A stretch of 64,000 nucleotides of DNA from Deltaproteobacteria bacterium (lineage in GTDB: Bacteria; Myxococcota_A; Polyangia; Polyangiales; Ga0077539). A program made the position numbers and the translations under genes. Every line of letters starts with the position of its first letter. Within the stretch, counting starts at the first letter, position 1. The stretch lies in the NCBI GenBank assembly GCA_947477565.1, contig CANJUR010000008.1:83730-147729 (forward strand), in the 5' to 3' direction. Below the pieces are notes generated by a model. The model had not been told where the DNA came from, searched no databases, and saw only the letters and a list, made by a program, of their open reading frames with translations. This document shows, piece after piece, positions 9,061 to 19,342 of the stretch.

Positions 9061-11097
9061 ATGGCGCTCGAACGACGGGTCATGATGGTCACCGCAGGTC
9101 AGCTCCTCAAGGATCGCAATCGCCTCCCGCCGAACACGGTCGCTGCGCTGGTGGATGGTCGCACCGTCGACCTGCACACGCCCGTGGAGGTGACCGAAGC
9201 CACAGAGGTAAAGCCCGTTTTCGCGGACGATCCGCGCGCACTGCCGATCATTCGGCACTCGATGGCGCACGTGATGGCCGACGCCGTTCAGCGGCTCTTC
9301 CCGGGCACGAAAGTCACCATCGGACCGAGCATCGACAACGGTTTCTATTACGACTTCGACCGTCGAGACGGTCGGTTTACCGAAGACGATCTCGGGCGCA
9401 TCGAGGTGACCATCAAGGAGATCGCTGCCGCGGATTCTCCCTTCGTGCGCGGGGTGATGAGCCGCGAAGAGGCTCGCACTCGACTCACCGAGATGGGCGA
9501 GACGTACAAGGTCGAGATCCTCGATGGCATCCCCGTCGGCGAGGACATTTCGTTCTATCAGCACGGCGATTGGATCGACCTCTGCGAAGGGCCGCACGTC
9601 CCGAGCACTCGGTTCCTTCAGGCGGTGAAGCTCACCTCCGTCGCGGGCGCGTATTGGCGCGGCGACGAGCGGCGTCCGATGCTCCAGCGCATCTACGGCA
9701 CTGCGTTTCCGACGCAAAAGGCGCTCGATGCCCACCTACGACAGCTGGAGGAAGCCCGCGCTCGCGACCACCGCAAGCTGGGCAAGGACCTCAAGCTGTT
9801 CATGTTTCACGAGTGGGCCCCGGCGTCGCCCTTCTTCCTCCCGCGCGGGGCGCACCTCTACAACGCATTGATCGCGTACATGCGCGACCAATACGCTCGG
9901 CGCGGCTACGCGGAAGTGATCACTCCACAGATCTTCGACAAGGCCCTTTGGGAGACCTCGGGGCACTGGGAAAACTATCGGGACAACATGTTCCTTGCGC
10001 TGGGTACGGACGCGCTCGAGCCCACGCGCGAGGGCCACGGCGTCCCGATGAACCAGGTCTTCACCCTCGACGAGAAGGTCACTGCCGCGCTCGCCACGGT
10101 GAGTTCGGGGTACATCTGCGGATGCAAGGCGATGAACTGCCCATCGCACTGCCTGATGTTCGCGGCCGACCGCAAGTCGTACCGCGACCTGCCGCTGCGC
10201 ATGGCGGACTTCGGCCGACTGCACCGCTACGAGCGCTCAGGAGTGACCCACGGCCTCTCGCGAGTTCGAACCTTCTCGCAAGATGACGCCCACATTTTCT
10301 GCACTGAAGAGCAGATGCCCGAGGAAATCGGAGCGTTCTTCGACCTGCTCGACGAGGTCTATCGCGACCTCGGCATGACCGACGTGAAGATCATGCTCGC
10401 GACGCGCCCGGAGAGCGGTTACCTCGGCACTGTTGAGTCCTGGGAGCGCGCGGAGAAGATCCTTGGCGACGCGGTCATCGCGAAGGGCAGAACCTTCGAG
10501 ATCGCGAAGGGCGAAGGGGCTTTTTATGGGCCGAAGCTTGAGTTCCACATCACCGATGCGATCGGTCGTTCGTGGCAACTCGGGACTCTCCAGGTGGATC
10601 CCAACCTCCCAGAGCGCTTCGATCTCTCATACGTGGGCGCGGACAACACGAACCACCGCCCAGTCATGTTGCACCGCGCGGTCCTCGGATCACTCGAGCG
10701 CTTCTTGTCGCTCTACATTGAGCACACCGCGGGTTGGTTCCCGGCGTGGCTCGCGCCCGAGCAGATCGTCCTCGTGACGGTCTCGGACAAGCATCTGCCC
10801 TTCGCCGAATCGCTGGCGAAGCGACTTCGACTCGCCGGCCTGCGGGTTGATGTCGATGCGAGTAACGACAAACTCACGGCGAAGATCCGCAACGCCTCTC
10901 TACTGCGCCCCCCGTACATCGGTGTGATTGGAGACAAGGAAGTCGAGTCAGACGGCGCGACGCTCCGCAAGGGACGCACCGACCTCGGTTTCCTCGCGAC
11001 CGCCGACCTGATCGCGAAGCTTCGCGCGGAGTCCGTCGCACCGTCGCGAGTTCCCCTCGCCGAGTCTCCGATCGCTGTCGCCCCCATCGCGGAGTGA
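9061..11097 (+). CDS. thrS: Threonine--tRNA ligase
   Basis: RHSMAH, GFYYDF, DLCEGPH, RDHRKLG, MNCP.H, RVRTFSQDDAH, GAFYGPK, HRAVLGSLERF. Confidence 0.97.
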   Translation: MALERRVMMVTAGQLLKDRNRLPPNTVAALVDGRTVDLHTPVEVTEATEVKPVFADDPRALPIIRHSMAHVMADAVQRLFPGTKVTIGPSIDNGFYYDFDRRDGRFTEDDLGRIEVTIKEIAAADSPFVRGVMSREEARTRLTEMGETYKVEILDGIPVGEDISFYQHGDWIDLCEGPHVPSTRFLQAVKLTSVAGAYWRGDERRPMLQRIYGTAFPTQKALDAHLRQLEEARARDHRKLGKDLKLFMFHEWAPASPFFLPRGAHLYNALIAYMRDQYARRGYAEVITPQIFDKALWETSGHWENYRDNMFLALGTDALEPTREGHGVPMNQVFTLDEKVTAALATVSSGYICGCKAMNCPSHCLMFAADRKSYRDLPLRMADFGRLHRYERSGVTHGLSRVRTFSQDDAHIFCTEEQMPEEIGAFFDLLDEVYRDLGMTDVKIMLATRPESGYLGTVESWERAEKILGDAVIAKGRTFEIAKGEGAFYGPKLEFHITDAIGRSWQLGTLQVDPNLPERFDLSYVGADNTNHRPVMLHRAVLGSLERFLSLYIEHTAGWFPAWLAPEQIVLVTVSDKHLPFAESLAKRLRLAGLRVDVDASNDKLTAKIRNASLLRPPYIGVIGDKEVESDGATLRKGRTDLGFLATADLIAKLRAESVAPSRVPLAESPIAVAPIAE

Positions 11098-11216
11098 CCC
11101 TCCGCCGCCGCTGAGCAATCCCCCCTGCAGAGAGCCTTCGGGTTCACCCCTCCTCCATTCCCTCGATCCGATCCCGTAACCTTCGCCTCGGCCGACCTGC
11201 GCGACCCGCCCCATCA

Positions 11217-11545
11217 CTCACGGGTCAGTGCATGATCGAGGAGCGGCCGGCGTCGAAGCCCAATGCGCTCACGCTGGCCGGGCGCGATGCTCATGAAGCG
11301 CACGCCAAACCCTGGGTTCGCGTTCTTCCCGCGGACTCGCAAGCGTCGATCTATGCGGGAAAGCCCCAAAGGTACAGCGCACCCTGCTCCGACTCAGTGA
11401 AGCGCAATCTGACAGGGCAATCCAGATCTGGGGGGATGCAACCGTTGATGAAGATCAACATCTCCGAGATGTTCGTGATGAAAGAGTGGAGAAAGTTATC
11501 GGCGTCGTTGCGGTCGACTTCCAAGTTGGCCACATCGACTTGCAG
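11217..11545 (-). pseudogene. Degraded PilZ-like gene (myxobacterial TIGR02266-type)
   Basis: DNFLHSFITNISEMLIFI...VRLRF, in-frame TAG where Trp is expected, then NPGFGVRF..IAPGQRERI in another frame. Confidence 0.6.
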
Positions 11546-11643
11546 AAACGATCGCCTTCCAGGCCATCCGGAGGAACAGACTCAGCGATTCTCGCTCACC
11601 TGGAACGTCGTCCTCGCTGCCCTCGTCGCCTCGGATGATCACC

Positions 11644-14199
11644 TCACCGCACGTTTACCCTGGCGACGACAACGCGGTTGTCGCGATCATGGTCACCGCC
11701 CTCCAGGCGCATTCGATCACCGCCATCGAAGAAGCCCAGGAAGACCGTGAAGACCCCGGGGCGATACGTCAACGGCACGTTCACAGTGATCTGATCGCTG
11801 ATGAAGTCACCGCTCTGCCAGTGCCGCGTCGGGTACCGACCACCGACCCCCTCATGGTCGCCGTTGATACGAGGGCCCTGCCCATCGGTGTGCACAAACA
11901 ACTGCCAGTTACGCGTTGCGTCCGCGACTACATGGAAGTGAAACGTCACCTTGAACGACCCACCGAGCGGCACGTAGCTCAGGCCATTCGAGTCGAGGTC
12001 ATACCCAATATACTGATAGGTATTCTCGAAGACTGAAGGCTCACGCGCAGGGTGACGCATTGGCGGGCGCTCGGACCGCACCCAGGGCTCCAACGGGTTG
12101 CGATTCGGTCGCCCCTCTAGTTCGCTGACCGCGACAAAGAGGTTGCTGTTGCTCGCGTCGGCGATCGGGATGTTGTGGTGACGCTCGTGCCGATACGCGC
12201 GGTTGAGTGCGGGGAATACATCGTTGCCCAGGACGAGGAAACTGCGGCGTCCGCCGGTGATCCAGCGTACTGCCTCATCCTCGGTGCGGAGCATCTCGGG
12301 TACCACCTGGGTGTAGTAGCGCGTCGCCGGGTCGTCGCTCGGACCGCCGAAACGAGCAACGGGCTCTTCGCCGTGACGCAGCGAGCGAATGACCGCCCAC
12401 ACACCGCGCGGGGACATGTGCTCGGAGAGCGAGACCATGAAGCCTTGGGTGTAGAGGAGCGCGACCATAAGCGCCGCGACCGGAACCCACGCGACACGCG
12501 ACCCGAGCAACTTGTTCAGCGGGTTCTCCGTGCGACCGAGCCACGCGAAGAGATTCCAGACCGCGATGAAACCCACAACCGCAACGACGATGCCGACCGG
12601 CGCGGCAGCGAGCGCCGTCATTCCGTCGCGACCGGGCGTGGTCAGCGTCGGGATCGAGCGAACGCTCAGCCCAACGATGACGCACACCAACGCCAGCACC
12701 CCAAGGAGCGCACGGAGGTTGGCGAGAAGAAGCGTTCCGCCCGCGGGGCGACCACGCTCGGTGGTCTCCGTGACGACCAAACGACGAGCATCGGCCTCGA
12801 CCTCAAGCATCCACGTATACGGACGCCGCCACGCAAACAGATCAACCCGACCCGTCCCTTGAAACAGAACCACGATCGAGAGGGCAAGAAACAACCCGGT
12901 CTCGATGATGTGGAAACCCTCCGCCGGAAGCGGCGGCATCTCGCCATGCGCAGCCCTCGCCGCCTTCACGTTGGCGGTCCACTCGCTGAACTTGATGGCA
13001 AACCCCGTCGGGAAGGTCGGACCGCCGTCCGGCAGACCAAGCGCCGCGTACGCAGCCTTAGGGAACTGCAAGAAATCGCGAAGCATCAGTACGGTGAGCA
13101 GCGCTGCAGCCACCGCCACCGTGCGCCACGGCGTGCGCTCGCGCTCCGCGTCGCGGAGAAGCACCGCAAGCCCCAGAGCAATCGGCGCGACCATCACGAA
13201 CGCACTCATCCCGAACAACTGCATGTGGAAGGTCTGCAGTGCGAACCCGAGCGCGATCGCGAGGAAGGCTGTCAGCCGCATCCCAGCCTCGCGCCACGCG
13301 TCGGAGTCCTGCGTCTCGTCCGCGGGCAACGTCGGATCGGTCTCGCCACCAGGCACTTGCGAGGGCGGACTTACCAGACGAAGTAAGCCAAACGGCACGA
13401 GGCCGGTCCAGGGAAAGGTGCCGTGGGCGATCTGCTCAAAGAAGACCTCGAAGGTCTGCCACTGCGTCGGAATCGCGGACTGAGGCGACGCGCCCACCCA
13501 GGTCGAATATCCGGTGAGCTCGCGGGAGGCGACGCGAATACAGACGATCGCTAGCGCTGCCGCGACGACGAAGGACACCGCACTGGTGAGGCGCGTCAGA
13601 CGCGACTCGGCGCCGAAACGGAGCAGCCCCGCGAGCCCGACGGCACCAAGGATCGGCACCACGCCGAGCATCACGCCAGCCGCACGCACCCCGAGCAGAA
13701 GTCCCACCGCGGCGAGCGCCGCACCACCGAGTTGCCATCGGCGACCGCGTCCCCAGAGCAGAAGCACGAAACCCGCGAGTGCCAGGGTCGATGCGCTCTG
13801 CGCCACGCCGCCACCGAACATCTGTCGGGCGTTCATGAACACCAGCGGGATGGTCGCGTAGGTGATCCCCACGTAGGCGGCGAGACGCCGATCGCCCGCG
13901 CCCCTCGCGGCGGCCATCAGCGCGCACGCCGATGCGAAGGCGAGCAGGGCAGTCGGCAGCCGACCCCAGAGTTCGGAGACACCGCCGAGTCGGAAGCCTA
14001 GAGCAACCGCGGCGATCTGCCCTGGGGGCCGATCAAACGCGACGGGCCGACCCGCGATGAGTTCACGGGCGAGGTCCGCCACATGAATCTCCGCGGGTTG
14101 CCAGATGCCAAAGCGCTGGAGTCCAAAAAGAAGGACGAGCACCGCTGCGGTGATCGACACGAGGTAGGCGACCCATCGGTCGCTGGCAGTGTTCTTCAT
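11644..14199 (-). CDS. ArnT/PMT-like (GT-C) membrane glycosyltransferase with C-terminal Ig-like domain
   Basis: GIWQP.E loop after TM1, GVSELWGRLP motif, more than 10 TM segments, C-terminal FVH..G..R.NGDH...YPT..W..GD domain; GAGGA RBS before ATG 14199. Confidence 0.75.
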   Translation of the reverse strand: MKNTASDRWVAYLVSITAAVLVLLFGLQRFGIWQPAEIHVADLARELIAGRPVAFDRPPGQIAAVALGFRLGGVSELWGRLPTALLAFASACALMAAARGAGDRRLAAYVGITYATIPLVFMNARQMFGGGVAQSASTLALAGFVLLLWGRGRRWQLGGAALAAVGLLLGVRAAGVMLGVVPILGAVGLAGLLRFGAESRLTRLTSAVSFVVAAALAIVCIRVASRELTGYSTWVGASPQSAIPTQWQTFEVFFEQIAHGTFPWTGLVPFGLLRLVSPPSQVPGGETDPTLPADETQDSDAWREAGMRLTAFLAIALGFALQTFHMQLFGMSAFVMVAPIALGLAVLLRDAERERTPWRTVAVAAALLTVLMLRDFLQFPKAAYAALGLPDGGPTFPTGFAIKFSEWTANVKAARAAHGEMPPLPAEGFHIIETGLFLALSIVVLFQGTGRVDLFAWRRPYTWMLEVEADARRLVVTETTERGRPAGGTLLLANLRALLGVLALVCVIVGLSVRSIPTLTTPGRDGMTALAAAPVGIVVAVVGFIAVWNLFAWLGRTENPLNKLLGSRVAWVPVAALMVALLYTQGFMVSLSEHMSPRGVWAVIRSLRHGEEPVARFGGPSDDPATRYYTQVVPEMLRTEDEAVRWITGGRRSFLVLGNDVFPALNRAYRHERHHNIPIADASNSNLFVAVSELEGRPNRNPLEPWVRSERPPMRHPAREPSVFENTYQYIGYDLDSNGLSYVPLGGSFKVTFHFHVVADATRNWQLFVHTDGQGPRINGDHEGVGGRYPTRHWQSGDFISDQITVNVPLTYRPGVFTVFLGFFDGGDRMRLEGGDHDRDNRVVVARVNVR

Positions 14200-14277
14200 G
14201 AGTCCTCGAAGGGTCGAAATCGGGCGCACACTAGTTCACCCCGGACGGCGAACACAACCGTCGCGGAGCGTGGGTCA

Positions 14278-15651
14278 TCAACACTCGATGATGTTCACCG
14301 CGAGGCCGCCCCGGGCCGTCTCTTTGTACTTGGTGCTCATGTCCGCCCCGGTCTGCCGCATCGTCGCGATGACCTTGTCTAGCGACACTTTGTGCTTTCC
14401 GTCGCCCGCCATCGCGAGCCTCGCGGCGTTGATCGCCTTCACGCTCCCCATCGCGTTGCGCTCGATGCACGGCACCTGAACCAGTCCGCCGATTGGGTCG
14501 CAGGTGAGTCCGAGGTTGTGCTCCATCCCGATCTCTGCGGCGTTCTCGACCTGCTCGGGAGTCCCTCCCATCACCTCGGCTAGCGCACCGGCAGCCATCG
14601 AACACGCCACCCCGACCTCCCCCTGACACCCGACCTCGGCACCGGAGATCGATGCGTTCTTCTTGTACAGAATCCCAATCGCACCTGCGGTCAGCAGAAA
14701 CCTGACCACCCCGTCATCGTCTGAGTTCGGGATGAAGCGTAGGTAGTAGTGCAACACCGCGGGGATGATTCCGGCCGCTCCGTTGGTCGGCGCGGTGACG
14801 ACACGCCCGCCCGCAGCGTTCTCCTCGTTCACGGCGAGCGCGAAGAGATTGACCCAGTCCATGACCACCAACGGGTCACTGTTCCCGCCCGGGTCGCACC
14901 TTAGCTTTCGATAAAGTGCTGCCGCCCGCCGACGCACCTTCAATCCACCGGGCAAAATACCCTCCCGCTCGCATCCCCGTTGCACACACGCCACCATCAC
15001 CGACCAGATCTCCAGCAGCAGCCGTCGCACCTCCGCGGCTGGGCGCCATGCACACTCGTTCTCGAACATCACCGTGCTGATCGAGAGCCCGCTAGCATGG
15101 CAGGCATGGAGCAACTCCCGTCCGGTGGAGAACGGATGAGGAACGTCACACCTCTCGCCCCCGACCCCCTCCGAGACGCCATCCTGATTGACCACGAAGC
15201 CACCACCCACTGAGTAGAACACCCGCTCGAGCAGGACCCCGCCGTCCGGACCCAGCGCGGAGAAACGCATGCCATTGGAATGGAGTGGCAAAGTCTCGCG
15301 ACGGTGGAAGACGAGGTCGCGGTCCGGGAGGAAGGCAACCTCGTGTTTACCGACCAGTGTAATTTTTCCCGCACTACGAACGTCCCCGACTTGCTTCGGA
15401 ACACTGTCCGGATCGATGGAGTCTGGCCTTCCTCCCATCAATCCGAGAATTACCGCGATGTCGCTCCCATGACCCTTCCCGGTGTGCCCGAGCGAGCCGA
15501 AGAGTTCAACCTTCAGACCCTCGACCGACTCCAGGATGTCCGCCGCGGCGATCCCTTCAACGAAGCGCAGTGCTGCGCGCATCGGCCCAACGGTGTGAGA
15601 ACTCGACGGCCCGATGCCGATGCTAAACATATCGAACACGCTGATGGTCAC
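14278..15651 (-). CDS. sdaA: L-serine ammonia-lyase (4Fe-4S, single chain)
   Basis: [60 protein letters not shown]. Confidence 0.96.
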   Translation of the reverse strand: MTISVFDMFSIGIGPSSSHTVGPMRAALRFVEGIAAADILESVEGLKVELFGSLGHTGKGHGSDIAVILGLMGGRPDSIDPDSVPKQVGDVRSAGKITLVGKHEVAFLPDRDLVFHRRETLPLHSNGMRFSALGPDGGVLLERVFYSVGGGFVVNQDGVSEGVGGERCDVPHPFSTGRELLHACHASGLSISTVMFENECAWRPAAEVRRLLLEIWSVMVACVQRGCEREGILPGGLKVRRRAAALYRKLRCDPGGNSDPLVVMDWVNLFALAVNEENAAGGRVVTAPTNGAAGIIPAVLHYYLRFIPNSDDDGVVRFLLTAGAIGILYKKNASISGAEVGCQGEVGVACSMAAGALAEVMGGTPEQVENAAEIGMEHNLGLTCDPIGGLVQVPCIERNAMGSVKAINAARLAMAGDGKHKVSLDKVIATMRQTGADMSTKYKETARGGLAVNIIEC

Positions 15652-16270
15652 CTCCGCAACCTACCCTATGAGTGCCTGTTGCGGGCGGGCATCTCGGCAA
15701 CCTATTTCGTCCCTCGCTACAGGCTGCCGGAATGGTTCCGCAATAACGCGTGACTTCGCTCGATTGGGCGTCGCGGTGGACGCCAACCTACAGCAACGAC
15801 TCGATGCTTTAGCGGCGCCCGATCTGAGCCCTACCTCACTTTTGTTGATGCCATGACGCCCTTGCTCAGCAAGAGTTAGTAGGAGCCAACTCTTCGGAGC
15901 CTTCGACACGATACACATCGAAGTGCAGTCACGCTGCCGATACACGCCCCCCAACGCCGTCGCTGGCCATCCCGCCGGTGCGTATCGAGGTGCCCTTGGC
16001 GATGCCCCGGCGCACATCACAGCGGCGCCGATCGAACTTGTCATGCCCGATGGCGGGCTATTGCGTGTGCCGCCGTCGATCGATGCTGTGATCGGCGCGT
16101 CGATCACAATCACTGCCTTGAAGTGATCGTATTCTCGGGGCGGCCGGGCTCATCGAGACCACCGACATTGACTGCCGACGAAGGACGTCGAGCAGGATCT
16201 TCCAGGCGCGACGGCTCTGCCCGACCGGGACCGCAGGCAGACCGAAAAAGCGACGCCGGCCAATAAATAC

Positions 16271-17359
16271 TCACTCACCCGACAGCGCGGCGTCCATGGC
16301 CCGTGCGCACCCACGAGGAGTCGCCCCTTGGGCTCGGCCCAAAATCACGAATCCTTCCCCATCAACGTCCATTCGCCCCAGGTCGCTCGTCTGAATTGCG
16401 ACGCTGCTCCCAAGATTCATCAGGTCAACAACGCGCACCAAACCAACAGAACCACGCGGAAGCTCTCTCAACGTGACGCCATCGACCATCGACACCCGCA
16501 CCCACGGGGGAACATGGTAACTCCCCCTGCCCTCGCGCCGTGACTCGTACCCCTGCGAACTGAGCTCGGTCATCCCATATTCACCGAGGATGGCATCGTC
16601 TCCGAGCGCAAAAGTAGCCCCAATTATTCTGCGCAAAACGGCCGGATCGACCTCTCGGGAACGACCCTTGAATCCTCCAGTGGGCATCGCGACGCTACCG
16701 GGGGCCAGGTGCCACGATTTCCCTCCAAGCGCGTCGAAAAGATGCACAAAGGCGAAGCTCGTCCCCAGCAACGCGACCGGAAGACCATCACGGCCGGCGG
16801 CTTCCATAGCAGCGATCACAGCGGCGAGATCGAGTACTGCTCCCCGCACCATCCACGGGTCCATCTCCCCCCGATGCCAATGCTCCGCGAAGCGAGACAG
16901 CATGAAAGAGAGTGAGGAAGTGGGCAAGCGATCTTCCGACTCCGCAAGAAAGATGCAGTGGTATCCCGCATGCTGGAGCAACAAACGGGAGGCGGTCGCA
17001 CGTGCAGCCCTCCCATACAGCGAAAGATCAGCGAAAGAATGCCGACCGCGAAGCTCCTGCGTGGTCCCGCTGGTCTCAAAGATTCGCACCGTCGCCGACT
17101 CCGGAAAGCACGCCACGCGGGCAATCTTGAAAATGTCGGTCGGTAGGGCCGGAATCTCCGACAACTCAACTGGAATCCGATCACCGATGGCACGGCCAGC
17201 GACCCGCTCCAACACATCGTTGTGCGATCGTTGCCAGGCAAAAACCTCGCATCCGAGGGCTTCAACCTCACCGACGCTAATCGACTCAAACGGCTTGTCG
17301 CTCAGGGCATTCAAGCGTGTCTCGAGGTTGCGCCCCGCGTCGTCGAGCCAGCCTCTCAC
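16271..17359 (-). CDS. LuxE-family acyl-protein synthetase
   Basis: IPALPTDIFK, FETSGTT, TGGFKG, EYGMTELSSQ.Y, AIQTSDLG, LGRA.GA..RGC (acylated Cys); GTG overlaps the upstream stop. Confidence 0.85.
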   Translation of the reverse strand: MRGWLDDAGRNLETRLNALSDKPFESISVGEVEALGCEVFAWQRSHNDVLERVAGRAIGDRIPVELSEIPALPTDIFKIARVACFPESATVRIFETSGTTQELRGRHSFADLSLYGRAARATASRLLLQHAGYHCIFLAESEDRLPTSSLSFMLSRFAEHWHRGEMDPWMVRGAVLDLAAVIAAMEAAGRDGLPVALLGTSFAFVHLFDALGGKSWHLAPGSVAMPTGGFKGRSREVDPAVLRRIIGATFALGDDAILGEYGMTELSSQGYESRREGRGSYHVPPWVRVSMVDGVTLRELPRGSVGLVRVVDLMNLGSSVAIQTSDLGRMDVDGEGFVILGRAQGATPRGCARAMDAALSGE

Positions 17360-18708
17360 GCCACCCGCTGCTCCGCGAGGACCAGTGCGAGAGTGTTTGC
17401 AAACTCGAGAGTTTGTTCGTCGGTCAGACATGCCGGCGGCGTGAGCGTCAGCACATCACCGAAGACGCCACCGGTAAGCAGGATGTATCCTCTCAGCAAC
17501 ATCTGGCGGCATACCGACAGCGCCCGGCGCAATCCGCCGTCGATGGAGACGCCCACGAGCAAGCCCGCAAATGTCAGCCGCCGCACACCAAGATCGCGGT
17601 TCTGGAGCGCATAGCGCAGCTCCCTTTCCAGAACAGCCGCACATCGCGCAATCATCGCGCTGGTCTCTGGCAGTTGTAGAACATCTAGAGAAGCAATCGC
17701 GGCGGCACAGGCCAGAGGATTCCCAAGGAAAGTCGAGGTGTGAATCGCCTCCCCCACGGAAGAACCCCACGATCGGGCAACCTCCTCCCGCAGAATCGCT
17801 GCGCTCACGGGCAGTCCGCCTCCGAGAGCCTTGCCGACAACCACCACGTCGGGCTCGCACCCCATTGCAACCGACTGAAACCAAGGTCCGGTTCGTCCAA
17901 GTCCAGTGTAGACCTCGTCAGCGATCAGCAGCGCCCCGTGCTCCCGAGCCATAGCTTCGAGCGCCACCAGAGCACCCGGAGCGGCGGGTTCGACCCCGCC
18001 CCGCCCGAGCGTGGGCTCAACCAGCACAGCACCTGTGCGGCCCTCCGCGAGTACAGAGCGCGCCATCTCCAGCGATCGATCTCGACTAAATAACGAGGGA
18101 AACGGCACAAATCGTATCGTCGGATTCAGTTGTTCGGAGAAAGGGTCACGGAACTCCACTTTGTAGCCGCAGGCCGCGAGCGTCCCGTAACTGAGACCAT
18201 GATAGCCGCCCTCGAAGGCCAATACGCCAGGGCGTCGCGTTGCAAGCATCGCGGTCTTGAGAGCAGCCTCAATCGCATCAGCCCCCGATAGGCCGAGAAT
18301 CACCCGGGCCGACCAAGGGACCAGTTTCGAGAGACGCGACTCCAGAAGGATTTTCTGCGCCGAAGGGTAAACGTCGCCGAGCGCGTGGAGCAGCCTTCCC
18401 GCTTGTGATTGTACCGCCGCGACGACGTCTGGGTGACCGTGCCCCAACAGGGCGACTCCGAACCCCCCCGTCAGATCAACGTACCGATTGCGATCGACAT
18501 CTACGACATTGGCTCCGCGGGCCTCCGCCCAGACAATGGGGTCGTGAGAAGCACCGGTCAATTCCTCGCGTCGGCGGCGCCGAGCAGTCAGACCGGGGCA
18601 CTCCGCTGCGGCGAGGAGATCAACAAAGCTGCGGGAGGCCTCGCCCCCCGGTGCGTCTTTACGCACCAGCGGGAGAAGCGTGCCGATGATGGTCGTGGTG
18701 TCTAACAT
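17356..18708 (-). CDS. Class-III PLP aminotransferase (GabT/ArgD-like)
   Basis: DVDRNRYVD..GGFGV..LGH, SGADAIEAALK, GYHG, LIADEVYTGLGRTG, GKALGGGLP, HTSTFLGNPL. Confidence 0.9.
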   Translation of the reverse strand: MLDTTTIIGTLLPLVRKDAPGGEASRSFVDLLAAAECPGLTARRRRREELTGASHDPIVWAEARGANVVDVDRNRYVDLTGGFGVALLGHGHPDVVAAVQSQAGRLLHALGDVYPSAQKILLESRLSKLVPWSARVILGLSGADAIEAALKTAMLATRRPGVLAFEGGYHGLSYGTLAACGYKVEFRDPFSEQLNPTIRFVPFPSLFSRDRSLEMARSVLAEGRTGAVLVEPTLGRGGVEPAAPGALVALEAMAREHGALLIADEVYTGLGRTGPWFQSVAMGCEPDVVVVGKALGGGLPVSAAILREEVARSWGSSVGEAIHTSTFLGNPLACAAAIASLDVLQLPETSAMIARCAAVLERELRYALQNRDLGVRRLTFAGLLVGVSIDGGLRRALSVCRQMLLRGYILLTGGVFGDVLTLTPPACLTDEQTLEFANTLALVLAEQRVA

Positions 18709-18752
18709 CGCGGACCTTCGTCGTACTCGAAAGGTCACGGAGCGATCGGGAA

Positions 18753-19304
18753 TCAGACAGCGGCGGGGATTTCTTCTGCGGATCGAGACCTGGGTGCTTC
18801 GGCGCGGACCGCTTCCGTGACCAGTTTCGGCGTCACAGCGGTCTTCGCACCCACGCGCGGGTCGCGAACAACCAGCTCAATGTAGCACATCTCCGCGTTG
18901 TCACCCCGGCGGAAGCGCGTCTTCAGGATGCGGGTATACCCACCGTTCCGACCGACGAAACGAGGAGCGATCTCCCGAAACAGGTGTTCAATGACATCGA
19001 TACGCTCGGACTGACCTTCCACGATTCGGACCTGCCAACGGGGCAGAAACGAACCGATCTGCCGCTTGAGCGCAAGGCGACCAGCTGCGACCTTGGGATC
19101 GCTAATGGTAGCAGCGTTGGCATCGGCACCGAGACGGGCCACTCGGGTGATGAGGCGCTCGGCGATACGCCGCAACTCCTTGGCCTTCGGGACGGTGGTC
19201 TCGATCCGTTCGTGGGTGAACAGGTTAGCCGCAAGGTTCCTGAACATCGCCGCACGGCTAGAGCCGTCGCGGTCGAACTTTCGACCAGAATTCTGGTGAC
19301 GCAT
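18753..19304 (-). CDS. rplQ: 50S ribosomal protein L17
   Basis: MRH..GRK, IETTVPKAKELR, GGYTRILK...RRGDNA. Confidence 0.96.
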   Translation of the reverse strand: MRHQNSGRKFDRDGSSRAAMFRNLAANLFTHERIETTVPKAKELRRIAERLITRVARLGADANAATISDPKVAAGRLALKRQIGSFLPRWQVRIVEGQSERIDVIEHLFREIAPRFVGRNGGYTRILKTRFRRGDNAEMCYIELVVRDPRVGAKTAVTPKLVTEAVRAEAPRSRSAEEIPAAV

Positions 19305-19342
19305 GGCAGTGGTTCCTGGGTTTCAATCTCTAACAGAGGATC

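Noticed and set aside
9994-10125. Mini-intein in ThrS
   Set aside because: Far too short, and lacks the Cys/Ser start and His-Asn end
15661-16270. 150-aa ORF, luxC relic, or glycine/c-di-GMP riboswitch
   Set aside because: No recognisable protein motif in the frames I read, and the conserved riboswitch cores (CUCUCAGG; GGCAAACC/GCAAAGC) are not evident
16271-17359. Bioluminescence (lux) operon
   Set aside because: No luxA, luxB, luxC or luxD; LuxE-like proteins are widespread in non-luminous bacteria
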